Assembly: GCA_946548715.1 (NCBI GenBank)
Contig: CAMNPZ010000002.1
Location: forward strand, 2,908-66,907
Direction of reading: 5' to 3'
DNA from: an uncultured Candidatus Saccharibacteria bacterium
Lineage (GTDB): Bacteria; Patescibacteriota; Saccharimonadia; Saccharimonadales; Saccharimonadaceae
Length of the DNA: 64,000 nucleotides
Shown here piece by piece: positions 50,308-60,529 of this stretch (positions within the stretch are counted from its first letter, which is position 1; each line of letters begins with the position of its first letter). The translations under genes were made by a program, and so were the position numbers. The notes below the pieces were generated by a model, which worked only from the letters and a program-made list of their open reading frames with translations, did no database searches and was not told the DNA's origin.

Positions 50308-51072
50308 ATGGAACCGAATCAAATTATGAATAATATACCAAGTGCGACTGGAGCTCCGGTGGCGCCAAATGTGTCAAGAGTGCCAAATATGTCGGGTACA
50401 ACTAATGCGTCAGTGATGACGCCGAAGCCGAATAACGATGTGGTTTTCAAAGACAAACCTAAGAAGAATATAGCGGTGATTCTGGGGATGGTTTTGTTGG
50501 GAATTTTGGCAGTTGGAGGAATTGCGTTTGGTGTGTGGGCGATGATGGACGGAAATAGTCAAGTCGCGAAGAAGGATGAGCAGATTGCGGCGTTAAAGGC
50601 CCAGATTGATTCTTTAGAAGAACAAATTGAAGTATCATCGGAGAAAAGTAACACTGATAATAGTAGCAATGATGATATTGGTACAGCAGGGCAAGATAGG
50701 TTTATTGATGTCGATGAATGGGGGTACAAGATTAGTCTTCCTGAGGATTTGGTAATATTAAGTCAAAAATATGAAGAGAATGATAATGGTTCGTCTTCGT
50801 TGTGTGTTTGGGGTTATAGCATGAGGGAGGGTAAAGGTACGCCAAGTTTTGCAGAAAAAGAAGATCCATTTGTTTGTGTTTCAAGGTATCCGGAGAATAC
50901 GAACTTTTATGGACACTTAGTGTTCACGGAGGACGGATATGATTATCTGTTCAATAGCGCTCAAACCTATCTTTCTGATGAGGGCGATATAGAAGGAATG
51001 AAATGGGAGGATGAGACTAGGATATTAATGTCGCAATTTTTAGGTCAAAAGGAAAGTTATTTGAAAAAGTAG
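50308..51072 (+). CDS. Membrane-anchored coiled-coil protein, tandem paralogue A
   Basis: MEPNQ start; TM GGIAFGVWAMMDGNSQVAKKDEQIAAL. Confidence 0.75.
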   Translation: MEPNQIMNNIPSATGAPVAPNVSRVPNMSGTTNASVMTPKPNNDVVFKDKPKKNIAVILGMVLLGILAVGGIAFGVWAMMDGNSQVAKKDEQIAALKAQIDSLEEQIEVSSEKSNTDNSSNDDIGTAGQDRFIDVDEWGYKISLPEDLVILSQKYEENDNGSSSLCVWGYSMREGKGTPSFAEKEDPFVCVSRYPENTNFYGHLVFTEDGYDYLFNSAQTYLSDEGDIEGMKWEDETRILMSQFLGQKESYLKK

Positions 51073-51103
51073 GTCCAAAATATAATAATAAGGAGAACGA
51101 ATA

Positions 51104-51952
51104 ATGGAACCAAATCAGAATACTAATATACAAAATGCGACGAGCGTACCGACATCGACTGGCGTATCAAATATGTCTAGTACATCATTGAATATGCCTG
51201 ATAAATCGGTAGAGTTTTCGAAACCGGGTAGCGATGTGGCGTTTCATGGTAAATCTAAGAAGAGTCATGGAATGCTATACGGCATGATTTTGCTCGCTAT
51301 CTTGGCAGCTGGTGGAATTGGATTTGGAGTGTGGGCGATGATGGATGGGAATAGCCAAGTTGCGAAGAAGGATGAGCAGATTGCGGATTTACGAGGCCAG
51401 TTGGCGGAGAAAGGTAGTGTGGTGGTAGACGATACGACGATAACGAATGATGGTGACGTTAATTCATCAATGAATCCTATTATAAGAGCAACATCGCCCG
51501 CGCAGTATTCAATACATCATTCGATATCGTTATATGATGTGGAGAACATGAACGGATCTACGATGACTTTTATTACTACGGATGGAGGGAATTTGGAATG
51601 CAGGTATCCTAGTCTAGCTGAAACTGGAGGCTGTAGTATTAATGGTGTACCGGATGGAATATATAAAATAATAACTATTTTTGAAGGTAATGGTATAGGT
51701 TCTGAAAAGGTTGGTTTCTTAATGAGCGATGGGACTGTGTGGTTTGCCCCAATATACAATAATAGTGATGCTAATGCTGGAGTTAATAGAGAGTTGCAAG
51801 CTAAGAAGGCAAATATAGATGGTTTTGTAAAAGATATTGTCGAAGTAGATTATATATCTGATATTAATCGAGGTTATGGTGCTATCTCAACCGTTTTTGT
51901 TATGGATGATAACTCTCTTATAAAATATGACGACTCTTTGTTTGGAGAGTAG
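51104..51952 (+). CDS. Membrane-anchored coiled-coil protein, tandem paralogue B
   Basis: MEPNQ start; TM GGIGFGVWAMMDGNSQVAKKDEQIADL. Confidence 0.75.
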   Translation: MEPNQNTNIQNATSVPTSTGVSNMSSTSLNMPDKSVEFSKPGSDVAFHGKSKKSHGMLYGMILLAILAAGGIGFGVWAMMDGNSQVAKKDEQIADLRGQLAEKGSVVVDDTTITNDGDVNSSMNPIIRATSPAQYSIHHSISLYDVENMNGSTMTFITTDGGNLECRYPSLAETGGCSINGVPDGIYKIITIFEGNGIGSEKVGFLMSDGTVWFAPIYNNSDANAGVNRELQAKKANIDGFVKDIVEVDYISDINRGYGAISTVFVMDDNSLIKYDDSLFGE

Positions 51953-51981
51953 GCAGGGATTGCTAGGTTAAAAATAGTGAA

Positions 51982-52008
51982 TTAGCACTCTTGACTTGGG
52001 AGTGCTAA
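51982..52008 (+). promoter_or_regulatory. CIRCE element (HrcA operator) overlapping the -35 of the clpC promoter
   Basis: Perfect TTAGCACTC-N9-GAGTGCTAA; TTGACT 51991-51996, 17-bp spacer, TACAAT 52014-52019. Confidence 0.92.
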
Positions 52009-52088
52009 TTTGCTACAATGGGGGTATAAGGACGTGGTGGTAGAAGAATTTGCCCGAAACAGCGTCTGAAGAGAGGAATGATTTTTAT

Positions 52089-54557
52089 ATGCAAGAAGAA
52101 TTTAGTGAAATAATGAATAAACTGTCCGAGAATGCGCGGTTTGCGCTCCAGAAGTCGGATTATTATGCAAAGCGATATAATAACGGTTATATGGGGACGG
52201 AGCATTTGCTGCTGGGTATAATGTCGATGGACAATTCGACGGGTGCGAAGATACTACGTGAAGAGGGGGTGACCATGGAGGAAGTCGAGAAAGCCCTAAA
52301 TAAGGTCGCAGTGGAAGTGCCGGGATCGGACATGGCGATGATGTCGCTTTCGGAAGCGGTGGTGCTGACGCTCCGGATGGCGCAGAATTATACGCGTGAA
52401 CAGGGGCTGACGGTGATTGGGACGGAGCATGTTCTGTATGCACTTTTAAGCCAGCCGAATTCGCGGGCGGCATTGATTCTGACGGGATTAAATGTAGACA
52501 TTGAAAAAGTGCTCGATGGGATTGAAGCATTAGTAGAAGAGCAGACGAAGGACGAGAAGTTGAAGGCGGAGAAAGCGAAATATTTGAATAAGAAACAGTT
52601 TAAGTTCTTGTCGCGGTATGGAAAAGATTTGACAGAAGAGGCACGGCAGGGGCATCTTGATACGGTGATTGGGCGCGAGAACGAGATTGAACGGGTAGTG
52701 ACGGTGCTGTCGCGGCGAACTAAGTCGAACCCGGTGTTAATCGGTGAAGCAGGAGTGGGTAAAACGGCGATTGTGGAGGGGCTCGCGACGCGAATTGCGA
52801 AGAACGAAGTACCTGGTGGACTGGTAGGAAAGCATATTTATCAGGTGGATTTGTCGGGACTGGTGGCGGGGACGAAGTTCCGGGGTGAGTTTGAGGAACG
52901 CATTAAGGGAATCATTGACGAAGCGGTGGGGGATGATTCGGTGCTGTTATTTATTGATGAGATTCACTTGCTTTGTGGCGCGGGGTCGGGTGAAGGCTCG
53001 ATGGATGCGGCGAATATTTTGAAGCCAGCGTTGGCACGGAATTCGTTGAATCTGATTGGCGCGACGACTTTGGATGAGTATCGGAAGACGATTGAGAAGG
53101 ATAAGGCGCTTTCGCGGCGGTTCCAGACGGTGATGGTAGAGGAGCCGAGTGCGGCGGTGTGCTTAAGGATTTTGAAGGGGATTAAGCCGCATTACGAGAA
53201 GCATCATGGAGTGGTGATTCCGGACGAGTGTCTCGAGACGGCAATTACGATGGGACAGAGGTATATTAATGACCGGTTTATGCCGGATAAGGTGATTGAT
53301 ATCATTGATGAGGCGTCGGCGATTGCGCGCGTGGCGGCAGACAAAAAGGGTGGTGGTAAGTATAAGAAAATGAAAATTGAGCTGAATGCGCTTGAGAAGA
53401 AGGTTGAGGCAGCGGCGGAGGCGGAGGATTATGAGAAGGCTGCGGAATATAAGACCGAAAGCGAGCGGTTGAAGAAAGAAATCAAGAAGTTGGAGAAAGC
53501 CGGTGTGAAGGCTAATGTAAACCCGAAGCTGACGGAGGAGAATTTGGCGACGGCGGTGTCTTTAAAGACTGGGATTCCGGTGGCGAAGGTGCACGGGTCG
53601 GAGATGAAGATGCTGCTTTCGCTAGAGGACGAGCTGAAGAAATCTGTGATTGGTCAAGACGAAGCGGTATCAGCAGTGGCAAAGGCGATTCGGCGGGGGC
53701 GTTCTGGCATTACGGATTCGCGCAGGCCGATTGGTTCGTTTTTATTTATGGGGCCGACTGGTGTAGGCAAGACGGAGTTGGCGCGGGTGATTGCGCGGGA
53801 GGTGTTCGGCGGCGAGAATGCACTAGTGAAAATCGATATGTCGGAGTTTGGTGAGAAGCACAATGTGTCGCGACTGGTGGGGGCACCGGCAGGGTATATT
53901 GGCTATGATGATGGGGGAAAGCTGACCGAGGCGGTGCGACGGAAACCTTATTCGGTGGTGTTATTTGACGAGATTGAGAAGGCGCATCCGGATGTGTTTA
54001 ATCTACTGTTGCAGATATTGGAAGATGGCGTGTTGACGGATGGTCAGGGTAATAAGATTAAGTTTAATAATACGATTGTGATACTGACGTCGAACCTGGG
54101 TTCGGCGGATATGTACCGCGAGAGCGAACTTGGGTTTACGGCGAAGACCGCAAAGGATAAGAAGGCTTTGGCGGAAGAGTACGAGGAGAATAAATCTTAT
54201 GCGATGAAGGCCCTGAAGAAGGTGATGCGGCCGGAGCTGATTAACCGGCTAGATTCGATTCAGGTATTTCATGCTTTGACCAAGAAGGATGTGGAGAAGA
54301 TATTTGATAATTTGATTGATGATTTGAAGAAGAGGCTGGCGACGAAGGGGATGTCGATTAAGATTGACGAGAAGGCGAAGGAACAATTGATTAAAGACGG
54401 GTACGATCCGAAGAATGGAGCGCGGCCGCTGAGACGGAAGATTGAAGACGAGGTGGAGTCGCTGCTGTCGGAAGATATTATTGCTGGAAAGCTCGTGAAG
54501 GGTGATATCCCGACACTGAAGTATGTTAATAAAAAGTATAAGTTAGTAAAGGAGTAA
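52089..54557 (+). CDS. clpC: ClpC-type AAA+ chaperone; start revised from 52050
   Basis: Clp N repeats, [19 protein letters not shown]-like middle domain, [27 protein letters not shown]. Confidence 0.93.
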   Translation: MQEEFSEIMNKLSENARFALQKSDYYAKRYNNGYMGTEHLLLGIMSMDNSTGAKILREEGVTMEEVEKALNKVAVEVPGSDMAMMSLSEAVVLTLRMAQNYTREQGLTVIGTEHVLYALLSQPNSRAALILTGLNVDIEKVLDGIEALVEEQTKDEKLKAEKAKYLNKKQFKFLSRYGKDLTEEARQGHLDTVIGRENEIERVVTVLSRRTKSNPVLIGEAGVGKTAIVEGLATRIAKNEVPGGLVGKHIYQVDLSGLVAGTKFRGEFEERIKGIIDEAVGDDSVLLFIDEIHLLCGAGSGEGSMDAANILKPALARNSLNLIGATTLDEYRKTIEKDKALSRRFQTVMVEEPSAAVCLRILKGIKPHYEKHHGVVIPDECLETAITMGQRYINDRFMPDKVIDIIDEASAIARVAADKKGGGKYKKMKIELNALEKKVEAAAEAEDYEKAAEYKTESERLKKEIKKLEKAGVKANVNPKLTEENLATAVSLKTGIPVAKVHGSEMKMLLSLEDELKKSVIGQDEAVSAVAKAIRRGRSGITDSRRPIGSFLFMGPTGVGKTELARVIAREVFGGENALVKIDMSEFGEKHNVSRLVGAPAGYIGYDDGGKLTEAVRRKPYSVVLFDEIEKAHPDVFNLLLQILEDGVLTDGQGNKIKFNNTIVILTSNLGSADMYRESELGFTAKTAKDKKALAEEYEENKSYAMKALKKVMRPELINRLDSIQVFHALTKKDVEKIFDNLIDDLKKRLATKGMSIKIDEKAKEQLIKDGYDPKNGARPLRRKIEDEVESLLSEDIIAGKLVKGDIPTLKYVNKKYKLVKE

Positions 54558-54558
54558 T

Positions 54559-55143
54559 ATGACAAAGAATTATTTAGTACCAACTGTGGTAGAGGAGACA
54601 AATAAGGGGGAGAGGGCGTATGATATTTATTCGCGGCTTCTGAATGACCGGATTGTGTTCTTGGGAGAGGATGTGAACTCACACACGGCGAATTTGGTGG
54701 TGGCGCAGCTACTGTATCTTGCGCATGAAGATTCGAAGAAGCCGATTAAGCTTTACATTAATTCGCCTGGAGGTTCGGTGTATGATGGGCTGGCGATTAT
54801 CGATACGATGAATTATATTGAGCCGGATGTGGAGACGATTGGAATTGGCTTGCAGGCTTCGATGGGGGCGATGCTGCTGTCGTCGGGCGCGAAGGGTAAG
54901 AGGTATTGTCTGCCCAATGCACGAATTATGATTCACCAGCCGTCGTCTGGCACGGAGGGGAAGATTACGGATCAGGAGATAATGCTGCGTGAAGGAGTGT
55001 TCCTGAAGAAGCGTCTTGCGGAGATATTCGCAAAGAATACGGGCAAGTCGCTTTCGCAAGTGGAAAAGGATATGGACCGGGATAATTGGATGAGTGCAGA
55101 AGAAGCGAAGGCGTATGGGATTATTGATGAGATAATCAAATAG
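54559..55143 (+). CDS. clpP: ClpP protease
   Basis: [35 protein letters not shown]. Confidence 0.97.
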   Translation: MTKNYLVPTVVEETNKGERAYDIYSRLLNDRIVFLGEDVNSHTANLVVAQLLYLAHEDSKKPIKLYINSPGGSVYDGLAIIDTMNYIEPDVETIGIGLQASMGAMLLSSGAKGKRYCLPNARIMIHQPSSGTEGKITDQEIMLREGVFLKKRLAEIFAKNTGKSLSQVEKDMDRDNWMSAEEAKAYGIIDEIIK

Positions 55144-55204
55144 ATTAATTAAGGAAAATGAGCTTGAAATTATACCATGCTGGACGGTGTGGTATAATTT
55201 TGAT

Positions 55205-55642
55205 ATGAAGATATTGTGGACTGATGGAAGCGCGAATCCGAATCCGGGGCCGGGGGGATTTGCGGTGATTGAGGAGGTGATGGGCGGCTCGGGGAAGCCT
55301 GTGGCATTGGGGAGTGAAGCGCGGTCGACGAATATTCGGATGGAAGGTAAAGCGATGATTGCGGCGATTTCCTATGCCGGCGAGGAAGGCTGTGAGATTC
55401 ATTCGGATTCGGAGTTTTGGATTAATGTGCTGACGAAGTGGGCGGATGGTTGGAAGGCGCGCGGTTGGAGGAAGTCGAAGGGTGAGATTCAGAATCTAGA
55501 GATTGTACAAGAGTTGTATGAATTGTATCACAAGTATCCAGTGAAACTGGTGTGGGTACGTGGGCACGTGGGTACAGCGCTAAATGAAATGGCGGATGAA
55601 TGGGCGAATAAGGCACGGAAAGGCGTGACGTTGGAGGGGTGA
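55205..55642 (+). CDS. rnhA: Ribonuclease HI; start revised from 55187
   Basis: WTDGSANPNPGPGG, TNIRME, SDSEF, WVRGH, NEMADEWA. Confidence 0.95.
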   Translation: MKILWTDGSANPNPGPGGFAVIEEVMGGSGKPVALGSEARSTNIRMEGKAMIAAISYAGEEGCEIHSDSEFWINVLTKWADGWKARGWRKSKGEIQNLEIVQELYELYHKYPVKLVWVRGHVGTALNEMADEWANKARKGVTLEG

Positions 55643-55880
55643 TTATGGTTGGCGGTTGGGGGGCTGTAAACAGTTGTTTACTTTCTCGCTTCAGTGTGTT
55701 ATGATTAAGACATAAGGAATATAATGCTAGGTTTTATATTCCAGTTGAGTTGGTTTGGGCCGTTATTTACGGCTCAAATTTTTTCTTCGGCTTCCTCGCC
55801 GTAATGAGAGTTTTACAGTAATCCGAATCCGCCAGAACGAAAACCTTGACTTCGTAGCACGGTACTATATAATTATAACC

Positions 55881-57374
55881 ATGAGTATCATGCATGAAAC
55901 TAAACTAATTACACTATTATTAACCATAACTCTACTTAGTGGCATAACTCTTATCTCTTCTAAAGTTTCCGCCGATACCGAAGTCATAGACCAAGTCCGC
56001 TTAACTGTTCCTATCGCCTGTACCATGACTGGCGAGAATACTTCCCATACTGCTACACTAGATCCTGGTATTTATTCTGGAGAAACTGGTAGTGAATACG
56101 AAAACGGCATCGGTAAAACCACCCTCACGGCTATATGTAATGATGATAATGGCTTCTCCATCTATGCTATAGGATACACTAATAATCAATATGAAGGAGA
56201 AAACCATACTAAACTCATCGGACAATCAACTAGTAGCACCATAGCTACTAAAGCCTATGCCTCAGGAGACACTACATCTAACTGGTCTATGAAACTAACC
56301 AAAGTCACAGACTCTACAATATCCTATAATCCACAGAACTTAACTATCCAAAGTGATACAGAAGGCACCTTCAGCAATTGGCACAGTATACCAGATGCTT
56401 ATACTAAAGTAGCCGAATATCACGCCAATACAGGTTCCTCTACTACCGACACCACTCTAGGCGTCAAACTAGAAACCACCTATGCTGCCTACATCTCATC
56501 CTCTCAACCTGCTGATACTTATGTAGGACAAGTTAAATACACTATGGTACACCCATATGATGCAGACGAGCCGGTTATTCCAAGATCATTAGATACTGCT
56601 ACCACTATGCAGGAAGTTACATTCTGTTCTCAAGAGTTGCCAGAAGGTCAAGTATATACTTTAACAGACGCTCGTGATAGTAATGTCTACCATGTTGCAA
56701 GATTAAGAGATGGCAATTGTTGGATGCTGGACAATCTTGCTCTTGACCCCACAGACTCATCCACCGCAGCTAACATGAATGAATCCAATACTAATGCATC
56801 GGCCGCAGCAATCGATAATCTTCTTCATGGCGGCAGTGCTATTACCGGCTGGAGTAGTGTAGCGGTTTCGGATATAGATGGGGGAAGTTTTATTACCGAT
56901 GGCTATATTGCCCCTCGTATTAATAATGCTAGCAAAGATACTCTCGTGACATCGTATGGCTTAGCTTCGACTAGCAATAAAGCCAAGGTGGGCATTTATT
57001 ATAATCTTTGTGCTGCTAGTGCTAGCACTCGCTGTTCCACTGATTCAATAGACGTTACGCAAGATATTTGTCCTGCCAACTGGAGAATACCAACTGGAGA
57101 TAAAACTACTGGTGAGTACGCTGTTTTGGCGGAAAAATATAGTAGCAAAGATGCTACTAGCTCAGACAGCCTTCAGTACAATTTGTCTACACCATTATCT
57201 GGCTATTATACATCCGCAGCATATGGACAGGGTAATTATGGTGCTTGGTGGTCTTCTACGCATTATGCTAGTTTTGACTCACAGTATGGCTTATATGTGA
57301 TGCCAGCGTATATAGAGGCGGACAGGGGAACTAAATACGAAGGAAGAACTTTGAGGTGTCTAGTAGCCAATTAA
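55881..57374 (+). CDS. Secreted Fibrobacter-domain paralogue 2; start revised from 55755
   Basis: Signal peptide; N-terminal module near-identical to paralogues 1 and 3; DARDSNVYHVARLRDGNCWMLDNL, ICPANWRIP, WWSST, LRCL. Confidence 0.85.
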   Translation: MSIMHETKLITLLLTITLLSGITLISSKVSADTEVIDQVRLTVPIACTMTGENTSHTATLDPGIYSGETGSEYENGIGKTTLTAICNDDNGFSIYAIGYTNNQYEGENHTKLIGQSTSSTIATKAYASGDTTSNWSMKLTKVTDSTISYNPQNLTIQSDTEGTFSNWHSIPDAYTKVAEYHANTGSSTTDTTLGVKLETTYAAYISSSQPADTYVGQVKYTMVHPYDADEPVIPRSLDTATTMQEVTFCSQELPEGQVYTLTDARDSNVYHVARLRDGNCWMLDNLALDPTDSSTAANMNESNTNASAAAIDNLLHGGSAITGWSSVAVSDIDGGSFITDGYIAPRINNASKDTLVTSYGLASTSNKAKVGIYYNLCAASASTRCSTDSIDVTQDICPANWRIPTGDKTTGEYAVLAEKYSSKDATSSDSLQYNLSTPLSGYYTSAAYGQGNYGAWWSSTHYASFDSQYGLYVMPAYIEADRGTKYEGRTLRCLVAN

Positions 57375-57446
57375 TACACAATTAGCGTTTGGATTATTCT
57401 TTCGATGGAGGTATGTTATAATGAAAGTAAGGAGATGCTAGATAGA

Positions 57447-58799
57447 ATGAAATTATCGGAAGAATTGATTTATCGGGGGTTTGTGGCGGAGACCACGATT
57501 GAGAAGCCGGAGGAGCTAGATAATCGGGAGTCGAAGAAGTTTTATTGGGGGGCGGATCCGTCGGCGGATTCGTTGACGATTGGGAACCTCGCGGCGCTAA
57601 TGATGTGTGCGTGTTTTGTGCGGCACGGGTATGAGCCGGTGCTACTGGTCGGTGGGGCGACGGGGCAGATTGGGGACCCGAAGGAAAATGGCGAGCGCGA
57701 ACTGAAGTCGCTTGAAGAAGTGGAACATAATAAGCAATGTATCAAACAGCAAATTGAACGAGTAATATTCGGCGGGACGAGCGGAACTACTGATTCTCGA
57801 CTCGCGCCTGCGCGCCCGTCGTCACGGGGCTCCGGCGCTCATTCCGCTCCCGTTGTCGCGGACGGTCTCGAATCAGCAGTTTCCGCTCGTCCTGAGGTAC
57901 TTCTCGTTGATAATTATGACTGGTTCAAGGATATGAAGTATCTCGATTTCTTGCGGGAAGTGGGGAAGGCGTTTTCGATGACGCAGTTGCTTGACCGGCA
58001 ATTTGTGCAGAATCGGATTGGTGAAGGGGGTGCGGGGATTTCGTATGCAGAGTTCTCGTATACTCTGATTCAGGGTTATGATTTCTTGCATTTGTATCGT
58101 AAATATGGAGTGTCGTTGCAGCTGTGTGGGGCGGACCAGTATGGTAACTGTACGAGTGGGATTCATTTGATTAAGCGACTTGAAGATGCGCGGGCTGATG
58201 TGTGGTCGACGCCGCTGGTGATTGACCCGGTGACAGGGCGGAAGTTTGGGAAGTCTGAAGGAAATGCCGTGTGGCTAGCTAGCTCGGATAATGGGTCGGG
58301 GAATTATACGAGTGTGTTTGATTTCTATCAGTTTTGGTTGAACCAGCCGGATGAGGCGGTGGAATACTTGATTAAGATTTATACGTTGCTGGAGCCGGAG
58401 GAAATTGACGAGATTCTAGCGAAGCACCGGGAGGCGCCGGAGAAGCGTTTGGCGCAGCGGGCGCTGGCGCGTGGTGTGACGGAAGTGGTACACGGGGCGG
58501 AAGCTGCAGAGGCGATTGAGAATTTAACGGCGATGTTGTTTGACAAAGCGACGAATTTTGCGGAGTTTAGTGAAGATGAGATACTGGAGTTTGCGAAGTA
58601 TCTGCCGGTGGAGAAGAAGGGGGTGCAGCTCATTGACGCGCTGATTAGTCATGGGCTGGCGGAGTCGAAGAAAAAGGCGCGGGAGTTCCTGGTGGCGGGG
58701 GCGATTACGGTGAATGGCGAGAAAGTGCGCGAAGACGTGGCAGTGAAACAGACGGCGATTGTGAAGAGGGGGAAGAATAAGTTCTTGGTAATCAAATGA
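57447..58799 (+). CDS. tyrS: Tyrosyl-tRNA synthetase carrying an in-frame palindromic insertion; start 57435 or 57447
   Basis: GADPSADSLTIGN, GGATGQIGDP, NYDW, FSYTLIQGYDF, GADQYGN, KFGKS, S4 domain. Confidence 0.96.
   Translation: MKLSEELIYRGFVAETTIEKPEELDNRESKKFYWGADPSADSLTIGNLAALMMCACFVRHGYEPVLLVGGATGQIGDPKENGERELKSLEEVEHNKQCIKQQIERVIFGGTSGTTDSRLAPARPSSRGSGAHSAPVVADGLESAVSARPEVLLVDNYDWFKDMKYLDFLREVGKAFSMTQLLDRQFVQNRIGEGGAGISYAEFSYTLIQGYDFLHLYRKYGVSLQLCGADQYGNCTSGIHLIKRLEDARADVWSTPLVIDPVTGRKFGKSEGNAVWLASSDNGSGNYTSVFDFYQFWLNQPDEAVEYLIKIYTLLEPEEIDEILAKHREAPEKRLAQRALARGVTEVVHGAEAAEAIENLTAMLFDKATNFAEFSEDEILEFAKYLPVEKKGVQLIDALISHGLAESKKKAREFLVAGAITVNGEKVREDVAVKQTAIVKRGKNKFLVIK
57775..57892 (+). 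mobile_element. In-frame palindromic element, divergent copy in tyrS (sense)
   Basis: cccgtcgtcacggg at 57815-57828; arms ggacgagcggaactactgatt / aatcagcagtttccgctcgtcc. Confidence 0.8.
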
Positions 58800-60208
58800 A
58801 ATACTTGGCGGTACTTGGTAGACAACCGGAAATTTCAATTGCTGAGCTTGAGGCTCTTTATGGCTTGAGGCAGCATCAAACATCTTTCTCGGGCTGCGTC
58901 GCCGCCGCCCGTCGACCTTTCAGATCGTCCGCCGGGCGTCGCCTCGACACGGAAAGCAAGCTTTCCGTCTGCTCGGCTCCTACTGCGGTCTGCCACGGGG
59001 GCGGCGCGCTCATCCTCGCCTTGCCAGGCTCCGGAGGCCCTTCGAAAGACGTTTCGATGCTGCCGTCTATAAATCGTCTCGGCGGGACTCTTAAGTTGGC
59101 GATTGAACTTGCATGTTCACCGCTAGACTACTTAAGGGGATTGCCGGAGGGTAAGATTACGCTTGGGGTGAGTGATTATTCGGCGAAAGCATCGCGGAAG
59201 ACGGCGGTGATGGAGGCGCTGAAGCTGAAAAAAATATTGGTGCGGCATGGACGAAGTGTGCGAGTGGTGGAGAATAGGGAGGCAACGCTGTCCACGGCGA
59301 CGTCGCTACATAATGGACTATCAGGAAAGAATCCACGGAAAGTGGAACTGATTAAGGTGGAGAATGACTGGTACCGCGTGATAGGGGTGCAGGATATTGA
59401 TGCTTACGCGAAACGTGACCAGGCGAGGCCGGCGCGAGATGCGCGAGTAGGGATGTTGCCGCCGAAGTTGGCGCAGATATTGATCAATCTATGCGGGCCG
59501 CTTGAGCTTGGTTCGGTGGTTTTGGATCCGTTTTGCGGAACAGGAGTGGTACTGCAAGAGGCTATGCTGATGGGGTATCGAGCATACGGAACGGATTTGA
59601 GTGAGAGGATGGTGGAATATAGTGAAAAGAATTTAACATGGCTTATGAAATCCAAAAATATTCATTCTCGGGGCGCGTCCGGCCGGCCCGTCGACCTTGA
59701 TGGTCGCCCGCTGGGCGTCGCCTCGACACAAAACGCAAGCGTTTTGTCTACTCGGCTCCTACAGCGGTCTGCCACGGGCGGCCGGCGCTACCCCTCGCCT
59801 TGCCAGGCTCCGGACCCCCTCGAATCGAATATTTTCTGGATTTCACAAGGCGATGCAACTTCTTTTCAATGGGAGCAACCAATCGATGCGGTGGCATGTG
59901 AGGGCTATCTCGGAAAACCGTTTAGTCGGGTGCCTTCGGAAATGGAGTTGAAAGAGCAGAAGCAGGAGTGTGCGGCGATAGTGCTAGGGTTTTTGAAGAA
60001 TTTGGCGGGGCAGGTGAAGGCGGGAGCACCGGTGGTGATTGCGGGGCCGGCGTGGCTACGGCCAGATGGGGAGTATGAGCGGATGGAGATACTTGACGAG
60101 ATTTCTGATATGGGGTATAATGTTAATAATAAAACGCGCGAGGGGCTGCTTTATCATCGGGATAATCAGGTTGTCGCGAGAGATATAATAATATTAAGGA
60201 AGAATTAA
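58796..60208 (+). CDS. TRM11/UPF0020-like SAM-dependent RNA methyltransferase with two in-frame palindromic insertions
   Basis: GMLPPKLAQILIN, VLDPFCGTG, ACEGYLG. Confidence 0.8.
   Translation: MKYLAVLGRQPEISIAELEALYGLRQHQTSFSGCVAAARRPFRSSAGRRLDTESKLSVCSAPTAVCHGGGALILALPGSGGPSKDVSMLPSINRLGGTLKLAIELACSPLDYLRGLPEGKITLGVSDYSAKASRKTAVMEALKLKKILVRHGRSVRVVENREATLSTATSLHNGLSGKNPRKVELIKVENDWYRVIGVQDIDAYAKRDQARPARDARVGMLPPKLAQILINLCGPLELGSVVLDPFCGTGVVLQEAMLMGYRAYGTDLSERMVEYSEKNLTWLMKSKNIHSRGASGRPVDLDGRPLGVASTQNASVLSTRLLQRSATGGRRYPSPCQAPDPLESNIFWISQGDATSFQWEQPIDAVACEGYLGKPFSRVPSEMELKEQKQECAAIVLGFLKNLAGQVKAGAPVVIAGPAWLRPDGEYERMEILDEISDMGYNVNNKTREGLLYHRDNQVVARDIIILRKN
58869..59064 (+). mobile_element. 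In-frame palindromic element, long form, copy 1 in the methyltransferase
   Basis: cccgtc|78-nt module 58914-58991|gccacggg; arms ggcagcatcaaacatcttt / aaagacgtttcgatgctgcc. Confidence 0.85.
59646..59845 (+). mobile_element. In-frame palindromic element, long form, copy 2 in the methyltransferase
   Basis: Core equals the ligA core plus a 78-nt module 59693-59770; arms tgaaatccaaaaatattc / gaatattttctggatttca. Confidence 0.88.
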
Positions 60209-60481
60209 ATGTCACATGTGAAAGCTGGCGGTACCGCCAAAAACGTCCATAACAATGCTGGCCAGCGCCTAGGCGTCAAGCGCTTTGGTGGCCAGAAAGT
60301 AAAAAACGGTGAAGTATTAGTGCGTCAAACTGGTGCGACTAAGATTGCTGGTCCTGGCACTTATATGTCGAGGAACTTCACGATTCACGCTGCGAAGGAT
60401 GGTGTGGTAACCTTCGTGAAGACGAAGAAGACGCATTTTTCGGGGAAGTCGTTGCCACGCGTCCGCGTCGAAGTACGCTAA
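60209..60481 (+). CDS. rpmA: 50S ribosomal protein L27
   Basis: MSHVKAGG...GQRLGVKRFGGQKV...LVRQTG...TIHAAKDG. Confidence 0.95.
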   Translation: MSHVKAGGTAKNVHNNAGQRLGVKRFGGQKVKNGEVLVRQTGATKIAGPGTYMSRNFTIHAAKDGVVTFVKTKKTHFSGKSLPRVRVEVR

Positions 60482-60493
60482 GTATTTCTTGCT

Positions 60494-60519
60494 AAAATCC
60501 GCCATTTGGGCGGATTTTT
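60494..60519. terminator. Bidirectional terminator-like hairpin
   Basis: aaaatccgcc-atttg-ggcggattttt. Confidence 0.7.
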
Positions 60520-60529
60520 GGTGTGGTGG

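Noticed and set aside
57100-57374. DGR variable region in paralogue 2
   Set aside because: Terminal codons are T/A-ending like ordinary sequence and no hairpin cluster follows the stop.
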